64,000 bases of DNA from Eledone cirrhosa (GCA_964016885.1 OZ024745.1:73284001-73348000); one strand, 5' to 3'. Shown: positions 42,652-55,289, counted from the stretch's first letter. Notes: generated from the sequence alone by a model not told the origin. Numbers and translations are program-made.

Positions 42652-44999
42652 TCGAAATATAATAAGTGAATGTAATAGATAAAATCCATGGGGCTGAAAA
42701 TCAAGGACCCGAGGGCGACCGCCGTCCAGCATCTTCCACCTTTGCCGGTCGCCCTCGAGTGACGTGGCTAAAGCTTACAGTGTGCTACTACCGGTCAAAT
42801 AAAGGAAAACAGAAAGGGATGGGAACATAAGTTAGCGTTCATATCATGCCACAAGAAAAAAGAAAGAAAGAAAGAAGAGAGAAGAAGGGGTAAGGAAGAA
42901 GAAGAGAAGCCAGGGTTAATGTCAGCTATAAGAAGAAAGACAGAAAGAAAGAGGAGGAAAGGTCGGTATTACAGTCAGGCCAGGATTGTCGCGAAGAATT
43001 TTTTTATTCTAAGGGACCCGTATCTTAACAACTACTACCGGTCAAATATAGGCAAACAAAAAGGGGAAGGAAGATAAGTCAGCGGGAGGAAGACAGAAAG
43101 AATGGAGAAGAGAAGGAAGAAAAGGAAGAAGTAGAAAAGTCAGGGTTGATGGCTACAAGAAGAAAGATAGAAAGAAAGAAAGGTCGATATTAATGTCAGA
43201 CTACAGTCAGGCCAGGAGTGGCGCGAAAAAAAATGTTCACAGGGACCCGTATCTTAGCAGAGGTAAATATAGTGGGGGTCAGTGTGTTATAATGTGTGAG
43301 CAGGAGATTGGAACGTTACGTTTTTGTTTAGACTTATAGGATGAAGTTAAAAATTAATATTTAATATTAAAGAAATTAGATAATTTTAAGTTAAACTGTT
43401 TAACATTTTTAAGGTTGCGAGGTTTAGGCAAAGAAAGAGTCTTTTATGAAGACACTTAAATTTTATTATAGAGTAAAGATTATGTCTTTGTTTAGCCGTC
43501 AAACATCATGCGGCGACTACAACCTTGGGCAGCCCAGCCCATCACTCCGAGTGATATCGCCTAGTGAAAGATATGGAAATCGATTTTTCCGAGCACTCTA
43601 GGAATGTATAACAGGCTTCAGTGGCGCCAGCAGGAAGTCAGCCCGCATCGTTAGGCCATTCTTGTACAAAACCAGTACTATTCCTTTACCCAGGAGGGGT
43701 TGCTTAAGTAGAGGGAGGCGTGATATATCTAATAGTTTTGATTTGATCTGTAATTTAAAGGTACTATGTGGCGGTTAAAAAACCGGCTGCACGCCGGGCC
43801 CCTGGGGCGAATCAAGCCACTCCGAGTAGTTTCATTTACCGAAAGAAGGGGAAATTTATTTTTCCAAGCATTCCAGGTAGGCCTATGCGCCAGGGGGCCG
43901 GTCCCGCCGCCAGGAAAACCAACCCAACAGTCCGACAGAAAGTTGGAGCGTTAAAATATTGTTTAAATTTATAGGATGAAGTTGAAAGAATTCAGAATAA
44001 CATTATAAGATTAAAGAGTAAGAAGATTGAGAATTGAACAAACAAAAAATGGAAAATTAAACATTTAAAAAAACTTTTTTAAGGTTTTAGGTTGCGGGGT
44101 TTAGTTAAAGAGAGTCTTTTATGAAGAAACATTAATTGTATTATGTAGATCTTCTATAATTTATCCTAGTGGGATGTAGAGTAAGGGATATAGTCGGGTA
44201 ATATTTATTTTTGTTCTCAGGGGGAGACATTCTAGTATCGTGTGCTAATGGGTACACGTGAGCAAAAGTCCCAATAAGAGGAGTAGAAATACATGGATAC
44301 ATAGAAGTGGAATACGTGGAAAAGCACATTGATAAAGCAAAGGTATAAATATATAAATATATAAATATAAATATATAAATAAACCAAAAAGAGTGGTGGT
44401 AGAGTAAGATGGAGAAATCAAGACATAGGAGAAATACAATATAGTTCAGGTTGCAGTATTTATGTTCCCAGGGGGAGACATTCCAGTGTCGTGTGCTAAG
44501 GGTACACGCGAGTAAAAGTCCGAATAAGGGAAGTAAAAATTACATGGATGTATAGAAGTAGAATACGTGGAAAAAGCATTAATACAGCAAAGGTATAAAG
44601 ATATAAATAAACAACCAAGAGTGGTGGTGGAGTAAATGGAGAGATCAAGACACAGGAGAAATACAATTTAGTTCAAGTTGCAGTCAGATAATGCATATAG
44701 ATGTGGAAATGGAATCAGTGTGTGTTCGAGCCTGGGAGTTCAATGTGAGTTATACATGCCCAGAAGTATAGGGTAGCGAATTTAGTTAATACAGTGCAGT
44801 ACAATACATGTTATGGTATAATCCGTAGAATTTCGTCGAAGTCTGAATATTCTGAGAGGGAAGTAGCAATGGGCCAGGTGGGCGGTAGGCAAAAACACTG
44901 GGTAGCCAAAATCCGAATGGTGGTTAGATATATTCAGTCCCATGCCGCTGTTCATTATTACATTTGTAAGTGCTCAACATTTCAGGAGCATTATTTCGA

Positions 45000-45057
45000 A
45001 TACCTGATGATATCACCGGATTCATACAGAACCCGGTCATTGAAATGATCATAGTAT
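45000..45057 (+). ncRNA. Type I hammerhead ribozyme
   Basis: atac CTGATGA tatcaccgg..ccggtcatt GAAA tgatca TA gtat; palindrome ATGATCAT. Confidence 0.7.
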
Positions 45058-45103
45058 AATAAACCTTTCAAGGATTTACACAAATCCAGCCTCCTGTCAT
45101 TTC

Positions 45104-45137
<34 letters not shown>

Positions 45138-45142
<5 letters not shown>

Positions 45143-45552
45143 TGTTTTCCTTCGTTTTTAACAACATTTTTTAATAACATCTAACTCTTATTTATCACAT
45201 CTATATGAATTAATATAAATTTATCCCTATAAGTATACCTATCAATTAAATTAATTTAATTTCTTTTTATAGATCTAAATTCCTTATGTTTTAAATAAGA
45301 TTGGTATTTCTCACTAACACATCCTAAAATTTTATTCTCCTTCGATTTTAACATTAGAATTATTCTTTAATAACATCAAATTTTCGTGTACCTTTCACCG
45401 GCTTGACCTCTTTTCATCCCCAAAGTAATCTTTTCATTCAAAATATTCTTTCCATTCAAAACTGAAGTCTGCATTCCTCTACCCCTAAATTAAATTTCTA
45501 CTACTACTATTCTATCAACTTGACCACTTACTACTTTTCTATTGGACAATTT
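45138..45552. repeat. Right arm of ~400-bp inverted repeat (partner 35305-35695)
   Basis: Reverse-complement match. Confidence 0.85.
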
Positions 45553-45620
45553 AAAACCTGTTCCCAAACAGACCTATTATATTAAATCTTTGTTGGTTTT
45601 TTTCATTAAGCAAATATCAT

Positions 45621-46402
45621 TATTTCTGAGTGGCAGTGAATTGGCAGTATCGGTAGAGGGTCTGACGCCATGCTTTCCAGCAAAGTTACGTCCCTTTACG
45701 GTCTGAGTTCAAATCCGGCCGAGGTTAACTTTGCCTTTCATCCTTACGGGGTCGATAAAATAAAGTACCAGTAATGTACTGGGTAATTGCTGGCCTTGTG
45801 CCTAAAATAGAAACAATTATTTCTGAGTGGCAGTGGATTGGCAGTATCGGTAGAGGGTCGGACGCCATGGTTTGATGCATAGAGTTACGGCCCTTGCCAT
45901 TCTGAGTTCAAATCCCGCCGGGGTTAACTTTGCCTTTCATCCTTACGGGGTCGATAAAATAAAGTACCAGTAATAAACTGGGCAATTGCTGGCCTTGTGC
46001 CAAAAGTAGAAACAATTATTTCTGAGTGGCAGTATCGGTAGAGGGTCGGACGCCATGCTTTGACGTATAGAGTTACAGCCCTTGCCATTCTTAGTTCAAA
46101 TCCCGCCGAGGTTAACTTTGCTTTTCATCCTTACGGGGTCGATAAAATAAAGTACCAGTAATGTACTGGGTAATGTACTGGCCTTGTGCCAATAGTAGAA
46201 ACAATTATTTGTGAGTGAATTGGCAGTATCGGTAGAGGGTCGGATATGCTTTCTAGCATAGTTATGTCTTTTTATGATCTGATTTCAAATCCCGTCGAGG
46301 TTAACTTTGCCTTTCATCCATACGGGGTCGATAAAATAAAGTACCAGTAATGTACTGAGTAATTGCTGGCCTTGTGCCAAAAGTAGAAACAATTATTTCT
46401 GA
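45621..46402 (+). mobile_element. Head-to-tail tetramer of a ~195-bp tRNA-SINE (Deu/Nin-like core)
   Basis: Four units, each with tggcagtatcggtag (A-box-like), a gttcaaatcc-type B box and the core ttcatccttacggggtcgataaa. Confidence 0.8.
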
Positions 46403-46801
46403 AGACAGCATATATATGTGTAGGTATGTATATTCCCTCTGATAGTTTGTAAATTTTTTTACATAGATCTATATGATATACACACCAACACACACATATA
46501 TATCTTAGAAACGATCGTAAAATGATGAATTTTTTAATATAAGGAACTGTTTCTTTGTTTTTATTCACTATTTTTATTAATTTATATATATATATTTCGT
46601 TTCTGAATTTGTTTAGCAAGATTCTTTATTTGAAAACGTGTGTTGAAACCGATATTGTTATACTTTGGGAGGGTCAAGTTGCCAATAAGAAACACACGCA
46701 CCAGTTGCTTTCACTTCAATTTATTATAATAAATTTATAAATTTAGGAATTTATAAATTTCCGGTTGGTTGGTTCCACAACCAGATGGTTGTTTATATAT
46801 T

Positions 46802-46845
46802 GTCAAAGTTCTTTCGTCACATATTCTGTGACCTCTTCAGTGACT
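46802..46845 (-). ncRNA. Minimal type I HHR
   Basis: gtca CTGAAGA g gtcaca gaata tgtgac GAAA gaac TT tgac. Confidence 0.75.
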
Positions 46846-46959
46846 GAGGATTCTTTTCTTTGATTTTTGTGCCTCTCCTTTGTTTTGTCCTACAAGAAAA
46901 ACAAGATGGCGTAGGACAGAACAAAGGAGAGGCACAAAAATCAAAGAAAAGAATCCCCA

Positions 46960-47002
46960 GTCACTGAAGATGTCACACAATGTGTGACGAAAGAAATTTG
47001 AC
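46960..47002 (+). ncRNA. Minimal type I HHR
   Basis: gtca CTGAAGA t gtcacac aat gtgtgac GAAA gaaa TT tgac. Confidence 0.7.
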
Positions 47003-47216
47003 AATATATAAACAACCATCTGGTTGTGGAACCAACGAACCAACCGGAAATTTATAAATTCCAAAATTTATGAATTTATTATAATAAATTGAAGTGAAAG
47101 CAACTGGTGCGTGTGTTTCTTATTGGCAACATGACCCTCCCAAAGTATAACAATATATATAATCAGGAAAGAAGAGTGACACGGTTTGCTATACAAAAAA
47201 GGTTTTTAATCTCATT

Positions 47217-47322
47217 GCTGACAATTGTTTCTCTGAACTGGTAGGTCTAGAGATCGCTACCCGCTTATTTTCACGTTATTCGATCACCAATACAAAGTAA
47301 TAACCAGTCAATTCATCGGAGC
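47217..47322 (-). ncRNA. Type I HHR with U4C change and long stem II
   Basis: gct CCGATGA attgactgg..ccagttcaga GAAA caattg TC agc. Confidence 0.5.
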
Positions 47323-48119
47323 TTGTGAGAATGAAAAGAATATACAGGCATGGTTACTATATATAGTAGTAATGGCATTCAATCAGAACAATAACAACAA
47401 TACTAACAATGCTAGCAATAAATTATTTGAAATAATCACAACATCAATCTAGGTGGGAAGTATCGTATATCTACGATTTTAGCCTGTAAAACTAGCTGAC
47501 ATGAGGCAGATGTATAAAATTGACATGTAAAAGCTGTCATGGGGTGTATTATATCTAGTGTAAAGATAAGCCGGTGGCTTTAAACAACGTAGGTCTGGTG
47601 GCCGTAAGAATCTTCATTATCTGACAGATGAAGAATTTATCACTGTAGTGAGGATAGTAATATTTGTATGGTCTATATTAGATGAAAGGGTTGTCTAGCT
47701 TTCTCATCATCAATAACATACATGTATAAGACAACATTAACAGAGTAGCAATATAATGGGCAAGTTAATACAGAGGTTAAGGAGGCAATATATATATACA
47801 CATACATGTACACAAACATATATATATATATATACATACACATATATACATACATATAAAGAGAAAACATGCTGACTATAATTATAACAGGAGGAAGGTA
47901 AAGTTCTGTTGTAGTAATATTTTGAAATGTTCTTGGATTTAGGTTCATGTGCTGACAACAGCTGAGAAGAGATATGTTTATGGGTTGATGAGGTACTTAC
48001 AGACATTAGTGTGGTATAGAACTAAGAAGGCTAGAATGTACTTAATGATTATATTTCTGTGGTGGTTCGTGCAGTGTAGTGGGTATCCTAAGTTGAAAGC
48101 TAAGTTACGTCGGTTCGAT

Positions 48120-50474
48120 TCACGGAAGTTTAAATCTTGTGAATTTAGTGGCGATCCTGTGTCTGCAGAAGATAGATCTTTCTAACTTGTTGTTAAGTTG
48201 CTTTTTTACATTTCTAAGGATATACAGTAATTCTAGATCACATAGCCTACAGTGAGATATACTGGTACTGTAGGTCTTTGCGGCCGACAACCTCGACCAG
48301 TTGATACTGTAGTTGGTGTTGTTGTCCTTAAGTTCCCATATTTTTTTGGCGAGGGTTGTAGAACCCATAAGTGCACGATTTTTCATCGAGTGTCTGTGCA
48401 CATACCATCTTTTTTTAAAAGTATCCGTGGTGGATCCAATGTAATGCCAAGTGGAGTTGTCTGAGTTGACCGTACACACGTACACTAGGCTCGAATCGAG
48501 GCATCTATTCGCCAATGGGCACCTATCCGGTAGGTGGCAGTTACAGTTTGAGGTGTTATTTCGTGCAGCTTCTACACTGCTGTTTTGTACACTGCTATAA
48601 GTGGGTTGTGATTCATGCCCGTTGGGGTTTTGCTGCTGCGTGCTTGTATGCGCTTGCGGTTGTGATACTGTGATGTGTTTATGCTTATAATTTGGTGCTA
48701 TGTTGCGCATAGGTGGGGCGGATTCCCTAGAGATATTTCTGTGGTTGATCTTGCGTATGTGCGATTCTACATTTGCTGCCGTAGAGTATGAGAGTTTTAT
48801 AGTGTTTCTATTGAGTATTTTATGATATCTGTGTGAAATAGGGAAGTGTTTATCTATTAGTTTAAAGAATGTAGAAGGCAGTCTGGTTTTTACAGAGGAG
48901 TTGAAGATTGGGTTGAACCATAGGTATTTTCTTTCTCTGATTCTTCTATTGTTTCTAGGGTTTACATTATTGGTGTTTGGACCGCTTACTCTAGGTGCTA
49001 CGTGCCTAACTCTATGTCTAGTCCTGTTACCTCTATATTTGTGTGAGCGGTTGGTGTAATTGCTATTAGGTTTGTTTAAGTTGTTTTTATTCGCTATATA
49101 CAGGTTTATCTTTATGTCCAGCCCTATGTAATGCTGCGTTATAATAGTTAGCATGTTCATTAAAAATTTCTAGGTTTGAGGATAAGCGGGATATTCTGAG
49201 GATAAGCGGGATATAATCAGATCCATAGCACTACGTGCTATGGATCTGATTATGGATTTGGGGTGGTTTGAGTTATAACTAATGTAGGCCAGATTTTCAT
49301 TATTTTTGTGGAAAGGTTCTATTAATCCCGTATTTAGATTTAGAGTCACATCTAGAAAGTTTACCTTCTTATGGTTCAGTTCGTAGGTAATACTTAGGCC
49401 TAGTTTTTTGAAGAATGTTCTAATGTTTTTTTATTTCTTTCCATGCTCTGGTTGTTTAAGTTCCTAGCTATAAGGAGCGTGTCGTCTCTATAAATCCCTC
49501 CTTGGAGGTTACTGAATTCCTTATGTAGGTTGTGTGTTATAAATAACCCCACGATGTCAGTGATTTGCGCAGAGTCATTTGATCCCATTGTGATATCGAA
49601 GCTGTTTATCCTATCTCTCCTTACCCAGTAGCTATTTTCAAATTTTATGATAGTCCTTTTAGCCGCTATTATTATTTCAATTTCCTCAGGGGTAAGATCG
49701 GAGTTATTTTGGGCAAATATAAGCGCTTTATCTAGGGTGGCTGGGGATATGGATGCATAGTAGTCGTTTATATCAAATTGTATGAAGTTACATGTCACCC
49801 TATTTCGTATTTTATTGAACCATTCAATCGCCTCGTTAGTGTTACCCCATAAATTGATTTCTAGTTTACCCTTTATTTGTGCGATTACCCTATCTAGAAT
49901 ATTCTTGCTAATTTTACCTATATCTGACGTAGATGGGCATATTAATCTAATAGTAGGGTTTGTTTCAAAATTATTTTTGTGATCCTTCAGGTTAAATGTG
50001 GGGTTGCATGGGGTTAGAGGCTCGGTCCTATCAGGTATTCCGAGTTTATTTACTATCCTAAGGCCCTCCACGTTAATGCTGGTGAGTGTGGATTCATTTG
50101 TTTTTTTTTTTGTATTTTTTATGTAGTTCACGCTGAAAAAAATTATTGTATGTGTTAAGGTCCATAGAGTATACGTTTGATGTTTCGTCTGCTTTTACTA
50201 TGATACCGTTAGTGTCTTTTAGTTTTTTTAGTAGTGTATTGATGTCATTTTGTAATTTGTTGTGATGTGTTCTTTTTTTGAATTTAGTTCCACTTATCAT
50301 ATTCATAAGGTCCAACTCGAAGGCATCGAGTGTGGGGTTGTTTGGAGGGTTTTTGCAGGATTTAAATCCGTAATTCTCTTTAGAAAATTTTCTTGCGTTA
50401 ATAGCTGGTCCTTTGTCGAAATGGTAAGCCTTCCATCGGACCCTACGGTTGAAATCATTAGTCCGTTGTATCAT
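48120..50474 (-). pseudogene. PLE RT + GIY-YIG polyprotein, broken into three frames
   Basis: See motifs above; frameshifts near 50100 and 49160-49420. Confidence 0.82.
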
Positions 50475-50721
50475 GCCCAGTGTATAGTCGGACTACACTT
50501 AAGTGGACTACCTATAACAATAATTTGTTACCCCGTATATATATATATAATATAACTTAGAGTTTACACTTAATGGGGTCATTTACAATTATTTCAGCTC
50601 TAAGAATCGCTTCTGAGCAGTATAAATTAATATATGATAAACATTTAACTATATTTAACTATATGATAAACATTCTAACTATTTTATTAGTCAATTGCAA
50701 CTAAAACATATATATATATAT

Positions 50722-50752
<31 letters not shown>

Positions 50753-50753
<1 letters not shown>

Positions 50754-51342
50754 TATAAAAGAAAAACGAACACAGACATACACATATATGTGTTCAAATC
50801 TTAAGGGACCGGATTCGCTAAGGTGAAAAGAATACTAACTATAGACAATTGGGTTTGCTTGTCTCAATTTAAGAAAAAATCAATAAAATAAAATAAATAC
50901 AAACCGGAATTGTGGTAACTACCAATCACCCAGACAACTTGTTGTTTCGCAATGTTAATTGTGAATATTGTCGAGTAAACCTGGCTGCTTTTTTTAGTGG
51001 TGTGGGTTTGTGAGATACGCTAGGCAGCCATGTGCGCTATTTGATATATAGCACACTATTTCTTAATATACTTAGAAGTGTCTAGGATACTAATTCATCA
51101 CCCACTGATGAGCTTGAATTGGTAATTCTATTCACAATTAACATTGCGAAACAACAAGTTGTCTGGGTGATTGGTAGTTACCACAAATCCGGTTTGTATT
51201 TATATTATTTTTTTAATATTTTCTTAAATTGAGACAAGCAAACCCAATTGTCTATAGTTAGTATTCTTTTCACCTTAGCGAATCCGGTCCCCTACGATTT
51301 GAACACATATATGTGTATGTCTGTGTTCGTTTTTCTTTTATA
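50753..51342. mobile_element. Non-coding fold-back HHR element
   Basis: ~50753-50967 is the reverse complement of ~51129-51342. Confidence 0.78.
51097..51171 (+). ncRNA. Type I hammerhead ribozyme
   Basis: atcaccca CTGATGA gc..gc GAAA caac aa gttg TC tgggtgat; GUC triplet. Confidence 0.8.
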
Positions 51343-51434
51343 ATCTATTATAATATACGGCTCGGAAATATCTCTTTCTTAGAGCTATTTTGTTGTAAGA
51401 GACTATTTTGAGTTCATAACTCAATACATACCTT

Positions 51435-51492
<58 letters not shown>

Positions 51493-51597
51493 TTTTTTTT
51501 TTAACGATCGGCTTTTGTGAAATCGGACCGAGGAAACTATGTTTCCGTTGGTCTTTCCAATTGCTAATACTATCTATCGGTCGCAACTCCAGGTAGA

Positions 51598-51705
51598 AGG
51601 AGCAACGTGAAATAAAGTGTCTTGCTCAAGGACATAACGCATCGCCTGCTCCAGGAATCGAACTCACAACCTTACGATTGCGAATCCAATTCTCTAACCA
51701 CGCCT

Positions 51706-51707
<2 letters not shown>
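51598..51707 (-). mobile_element. tRNA-derived SINE (family of 13540)
   Basis: gtggttag, gagttcgattcc, ccttgagcaagacacttta. Confidence 0.75.
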
Positions 51708-51771
<64 letters not shown>

Positions 51772-51887
51772 TAAGAGGAATTCCAACTTTGTCTGATTTA
51801 CTCGTTTTATTTACAATCCTTTAAAATATATATAATATGGTATTATAATGAAATAGTATGATAGAATATTAAATTCTAAGTGTTAAT

Positions 51888-51926
51888 TGAACAAGTACTT
51901 TCATGCTTTCGCAATCTTCAGGTTCA
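51888..51926 (-). ncRNA. Minimal type I HHR (inverted pLTR)
   Basis: Reverse complement of 54398-54436. Confidence 0.78.
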
Positions 51927-52538
51927 TGATATGTGGTGACAGTCGAGTTTGCAATTTTCAACTGTAATGAGATGGGTAAATTTACTACCTTTTATACATT
52001 TTATACAGAGAAAAGTGGCTCCAGAATGCAAAGCCCTGTAAACTGTATTTCGACAAATCAGTGTGTAGTTTCACTGAATTACTACAGCTGATTGGTTTAA
52101 GCGCCACGGCTGGTTGAGCATGCTAACGACCAATAGTCATACCCAACGTATCAATTGTTTTGCTTTTTGAAATGATGAAAATAGCATTTTCTATTAATCA
52201 TCACCATCAACATCACTTTTATTATTATTATTATTGTTGTTGTTGTTGTTGTTGTTGTTGTTAGTGGTCGTGGTCATAGTGGTAGTAGAAGTAATACCCC
52301 TAGGCGTTATTATTGTTCATTTAGCTTGGGTTTGAATTTATCAATAAAATTCTTTTCTTTGATTTTTCTCTTGATTTCACTTGGGCTGTGTAATTTGTAG
52401 AATGGGAATATTATAAATATTCCCTGACCACATGTTGCCAGGTGGCCGCTTAGGGCTATCTGACGGACATTTGGGTCTCTGATTTGTTGACGGTGTACCC
52501 GTGCACGTTCCGATAGTGCATTTCCAGTTGACATTATT

Positions 52539-54014
52539 TTGAAACCACTATGTATTCACATACCCAGTTTCATCCGGGATGATATCGACTTCCTGTCCCA
52601 TCTTCCCAAAACCACGGAAACGAATTCACTTCTACTCAGTTTTGATGTGGTAAGCCTTTACACCAACATTACACATGATTTAGGAATAAAGGCGGTTAAA
52701 TACTGGGTGGAAAAACATAGAGAAGTGATTCCCATTAGATTCACAGCGCCATTTATATTAGACGCAGTTAAACTTATTCTGGAAAACAACACTTTCTTCT
52801 TCAATGGAAAGAATTACATCCAAATTAGAGGCACAGCGATGGGAACGAAGTTTGCTCCCGTTTACGCGAACTCTGTAATGGGATACTTAGAACAACAACT
52901 CTACGAAGAAATAGAGGAAAAATATAGTACTGACTTTAGAAAGTACATTGAAAAATCTTGGAAGAGATACCTTGACGACTGTTTCATCATCTGGACAGAA
53001 TCTCTAGATACTCTGGATGAGTTCAATATCCTCCTGAATAACCTACACCCATCTCTCCAATTCACAAAAGAGATGAGTAGGACCAAATTACCATTCCTAG
53101 ATATAATGATAATCAAAAACGACACCACCATTACCACGGATATATATTTTAAACACACAGACACCCATCAATATCTGAATTTTAAGTCATGCCATCCACC
53201 TCATACAAAACGCAACATCCCATACTGCCTAGCCAGAAGAATTTGTACCATTGTAGAAGATACGAATACCAGGTACAAACGCCTAACAGAACTAAGAGAA
53301 TTTTTGCTCAAACAAAAATACCCATCTCTACTTATAGAAAATGGCATACAGCGGGCTATAAAAATACCTATACAACAACTTAGAACAAACCAAGGAAGAA
53401 GAAACCAAGAACTGGTCATACCATTTATAATGACACACAACCCATGTCACCAGAATATCTTCAACACTGCCAAAGCAAACCTACCGATCATTGCTCAAAG
53501 TAATGAATTAAAAGGCTTAATCACAGATCGATCTTTGACTCTTAGTAAAAGACAGCCAAAAAATTTGAAGCAATTGCTAACAAAAGTAAAGTTTGACATT
53601 AACAACAAAGACCAATCATTTACTGTATCTAAATGCAATGATAATCGATGCGGCACATGTCAATCCATACACGCCGGTCAATATATGAAAACAAAAACTG
53701 GAAAAATATTCCCAAATGCAAATATGAACTGCAAAAGCAGAAATCTAATTTACTGCATTAAATGCCCGAATTGTGAAGAACTATATGTCGGTCAAACTGG
53801 AAATGCACTATCGGAACGTGCACGGGTACACCGTCAACAAATCAGAGACCCAAATGTCCGTCAGATAGCCCTAAGCGGCCACCTGGCAACATGTTGTCAG
53901 GGAATATTTATAATATTCCCATTCTACAAATTACACAGCCCAAGTGAAATCAAGAGAAAAATCAAAGAAAAGAATTTTATTGATAAATTCAAACCCAAGC
54001 TAAATGAACAATAA
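52539..54014 (+). CDS. PLE reverse transcriptase + GIY-YIG endonuclease (N-truncated, otherwise open)
   Basis: SFDVVSLYTNI, GTAMG, RYLDD, LPFLD, CHPPHTK, CNDNRCGTC, LIYCIKC..C..LYVGQT..R...H. Confidence 0.9.
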   Translation: MKPLCIHIPSFIRDDIDFLSHLPKTTETNSLLLSFDVVSLYTNITHDLGIKAVKYWVEKHREVIPIRFTAPFILDAVKLILENNTFFFNGKNYIQIRGTAMGTKFAPVYANSVMGYLEQQLYEEIEEKYSTDFRKYIEKSWKRYLDDCFIIWTESLDTLDEFNILLNNLHPSLQFTKEMSRTKLPFLDIMIIKNDTTITTDIYFKHTDTHQYLNFKSCHPPHTKRNIPYCLARRICTIVEDTNTRYKRLTELREFLLKQKYPSLLIENGIQRAIKIPIQQLRTNQGRRNQELVIPFIMTHNPCHQNIFNTAKANLPIIAQSNELKGLITDRSLTLSKRQPKNLKQLLTKVKFDINNKDQSFTVSKCNDNRCGTCQSIHAGQYMKTKTGKIFPNANMNCKSRNLIYCIKCPNCEELYVGQTGNALSERARVHRQQIRDPNVRQIALSGHLATCCQGIFIIFPFYKLHSPSEIKRKIKEKNFIDKFKPKLNEQ

Positions 54015-54397
54015 TAACGCCTAGGGGTATTACTTCTACTACCACTATGACCACGACCACTAACAACAACAACAACAACAACAACAATAATAATAATAAT
54101 AATAAAAGTGATGTTGATGGTGATGATTAATAGAAAATGCTATTTTCATCATTTCAAAAAGCAAAACAATTGATACGTTGGGTATGACTATTGGTCGTTA
54201 GCATGCTCAACCAGCCGTGGCGCTTAAACCAATCAGCTGTAGTAATTCAGTGAAACTACACACAGATTGGTCGAAATACAGTTTACAGGGCTTTGCATTC
54301 TGGAGCCACTTTTCTCTGTATAAAATGTATAAAAGGTAGTAAATTTACCCATCTCATTACAGTTGAAAATTGCAAACTCGACTGTCACCACATATCA

Positions 54398-54436
54398 TGA
54401 ACCTGAAGATTGCGAAAGCATGAAAGTACTTGTTCA
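54398..54436 (+). ncRNA. Minimal type I HHR (3' pLTR)
   Basis: tgaac CTGAAGA t tgc gaaa gca t GAAA gtac TT gttca. Confidence 0.8.
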
Positions 54437-54622
54437 ATTAACACTTAGAATTTAATATTCTATCATACTATTTCATTATAATACCATATTATATATATTT
54501 TAAAGGATTGTAAATAAAACGAGTAAATCAGACAAAGTTGGAATTCCTCTTATTAATATAATCTTCTATACACAATCATACACACCCGTGTATATTTACC
54601 TATCTATATCTATATCTATCTA

Positions 54623-54667
<45 letters not shown>

Positions 54668-54737
54668 TAAAAGAGAAAACACAGGTAAGCTTTAAGAGAA
54701 GATGGATCACAATAAGCAAATTTTTGCTTCTCTAACT

Positions 54738-54778
<41 letters not shown>

Positions 54779-54781
54779 TAT

Positions 54782-54839
<58 letters not shown>

Positions 54840-54882
54840 AACAAAGCGAGGTTTCATTTTAAGGTCTTTATTGATCATACAT

Positions 54883-54966
54883 AGTTACAACTGTTTCATA
54901 GATTGGTGACTCAGGATCTATATTAATGCTATAGACTCGACTCCAGCCCGATCTACTATTCAGACT
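54883..54966 (-). ncRNA. Degenerate HHR (G8U)
   Basis: agt CTGAATA gtagatcgg..ccaatctat GAAA cagttg TA act. Confidence 0.4.
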
Positions 54967-55168
54967 TGTTAATCAAGCAAAGCCAATATCTCATCATAAC
55001 TATACCCCCATATCAGACGATGTACACACACCACCAAAAATGGGTATTGACCAACCAGTGCACACACATCCATGCATGCACTCACATACATACAGGTGTG
55101 TACTTACACACAAGAAAAAATGTGCGCATGTATACACACACACACACACAGGCGCGCACGTACACGCA

Positions 55169-55271
<103 letters not shown>

Positions 55272-55289
55272 GCACACACACATATATAG

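Larger units (their letters stand above)
42410..45107. mobile_element. Non-autonomous 2.7-kb element with inverted HHR-bearing termini and internal direct repeats
   Basis: 42543-42658 is the reverse complement of 44993-45107; three pairs of internal direct repeats; flanked by (TA)n. Confidence 0.7.
46653..47157. mobile_element. Head-to-head inverted dimer of the PLE pLTR (family of 10550-10803)
   Basis: Both ends carry the terminus ccctcccaaagtataacaata; arms are reverse complements around ~46890-46910. Confidence 0.85.
47160..50540 (-). mobile_element. Near full-length Penelope-like element, frameshifted
   Basis: ORF pieces 50094-50474, 49400-50131 (QFDINDYYASI, TMGS, YRDD) and 48120-49160 (CNC..CPL..C, LVYVC..YIGST..FKKRW..H); 3' region carries an HHR. 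Confidence 0.85.
51767..54558 (+). mobile_element. Penelope-like element (Neptune-type Cys linker), 5'-truncated, with inverted copy of its own 3' ~765 bp at the 5' end
   Basis: 51767-52530 is the reverse complement of ~53792-54558; long ORF; HHR in both arms. Confidence 0.9.

Noticed and set aside
46653-47157. MITE/DNA transposon interpretation of the palindromic elements
   Set aside because: Arms match the 3' pLTR of GIY-YIG-encoding PLEs and carry HHRs; no transposase link seen.
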